A stretch of DNA of 64,000 nt from an uncultured Candidatus Binatia bacterium (GTDB lineage: Bacteria > Desulfobacterota > Binatia > UBA9968 > JAJDTQ01), in NCBI GenBank assembly GCA_965204235.1, contig OZ241979.1, forward strand, positions 3,109,902 to 3,173,901, in the 5' to 3' direction. Below the pieces are notes generated by a model. That model made no database searches, had not been told where the DNA came from, and saw only the letters and a list, made by a program, of their open reading frames with translations. A program made the position numbers and the translations under genes. Positions 63,310 to 64,000 of the stretch are shown here, in pieces (within the stretch, counting starts at the first letter, position 1; each line of letters starts with the position of its first letter).

Positions 63310-64000
63310 GGGCGCGTCCTTCCCGGGACGGGCGCCCGCCGGGCCTTGACCAGCGGGAACAGCAACGTCCCCAGCACCAGCAGGGACAGGATGACGACGC
63401 CGGGGCGGAAGACCCACTCCATGCCGTAGCGGGCCACGGCCAGCCACAGGTAGAGCTCCATCTTGCGGCCCAGGACGAAACCGAGCACCACCGGGGCCCG
63501 GGGCCAACCGAAGACCTTCAGGAGGTAGCCGAGCAGCGAGAGCGCGAGCAGCGCCACCAGGTCGCCGATGTCGAAGTTGGCGGCAAAGGCGCTGAGGAAC
63601 GCCAGGGCGACGATGAACGGCACGAGGACGTAGAAGGGCAGGACGCAGATGCGCGCCGCGGGCTTCACCAGCACCCAGCAGACCCCGGAGGCCAGGATCT
63701 GGGAGAACACCAGGGCCCAGATGATGCTGAAGACGAAGCCCAACTGGTCGGTGAGCATCTCGGGACCCGGCGTCAGCCCCACGGCCACGAAGGCGATGAG
63801 CAGCAAGGCCATGGAGGTGCTGCCGGGGATGCCGAAGGCGAGGGTGGTAATCAGCGCCCCGCCTTCCTTGGCGTTGTTGGACGATTCCGGCGCGATGACG
63901 CCGCGCACGTCACCCTGGCCGAAGCCTTCGCTGTCCCTTTCGGTCTGCCGGGCGTGCGCGTATGCGAACCAGTCCGCCACGTCGCTGCCGAGACCCGGCA
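63306..64000 (-). CDS. tripartite tricarboxylate transporter TctA-family large permease, C-terminal part (start beyond the window end)
   Basis: Polytopic membrane sequence (…LITTLAFGIPGSTSMALLLIAFVAVGLTPGPEM…). The frame is open to the window edge. Confidence 0.65.
   Translation of the reverse strand, partial: PGLGSDVADWFAYAHARQTERDSEGFGQGDVRGVIAPESSNNAKEGGALITTLAFGIPGSTSMALLLIAFVAVGLTPGPEMLTDQLGFVFSIIWALVFSQILASGVCWVLVKPAARICVLPFYVLVPFIVALAFLSAFAANFDIGDLVALLALSLLGYLLKVFGWPRAPVVLGFVLGRKMELYLWLAVARYGMEWVFRPGVVILSLLVLGTLLFPLVKARRAPVPGRTRP

Overview
This 64-kb window is high-GC (about 70%) bacterial chromosome. It holds two accessory regions and possibly a third, set in a backbone of fatty-acid and aromatic/dicarboxylate catabolism genes. 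The backbone includes an hbd-like gene, a thiolase, AsmA, RNase R, many amidohydrolase_2, VOC, FAH, PrpD and GMC genes, ABC substrate-binding proteins and TctAB.

Accessory region 1 (8.5–21.9 kb) is a complete CRISPR-Cas locus. The array has 50 copies of a 28-bp repeat and 49 spacers, with an AT-rich leader next to cas2. The minus-strand gene order is cas6–cas10d(HD)–cas7–cas5–cas3'(helicase only)–cas4–cas1–cas2. This is a type I-D-like system with a non-canonical gene order and a short I-E-like repeat. A divergent HTH/WYL-like regulator with a perfect palindromic operator candidate sits upstream.

Accessory region 2 (25.2–41.1 kb, minus strand) is a composite defence island. Its core is a DUF499 ATPase, a DUF3780-position protein, a Zn-ribbon DUF1156 N6-adenine methyltransferase and a PLD-nuclease/SNF2-helicase fusion (an R-M-like, methylation-associated cassette). 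Two extra modules are nested inside it. One is a second, Eco57I/PglX-like N6-adenine methyltransferase that appears split by a frameshift, followed by a small PD-(D/E)xK-like protein. The other is an AAA ATPase with a DUF4276-like partner, apparently degraded.

A further uncharacterised four-gene operon (53.7–58.9 kb) encodes two unknown proteins, a P-loop NTPase and a SNF2 helicase. A roughly 110-bp structured dispersed repeat occurs at least six times in intergenic regions. No rRNA or tRNA genes were recognised. All assignments are by eye from motifs and gene context. No database search was run.
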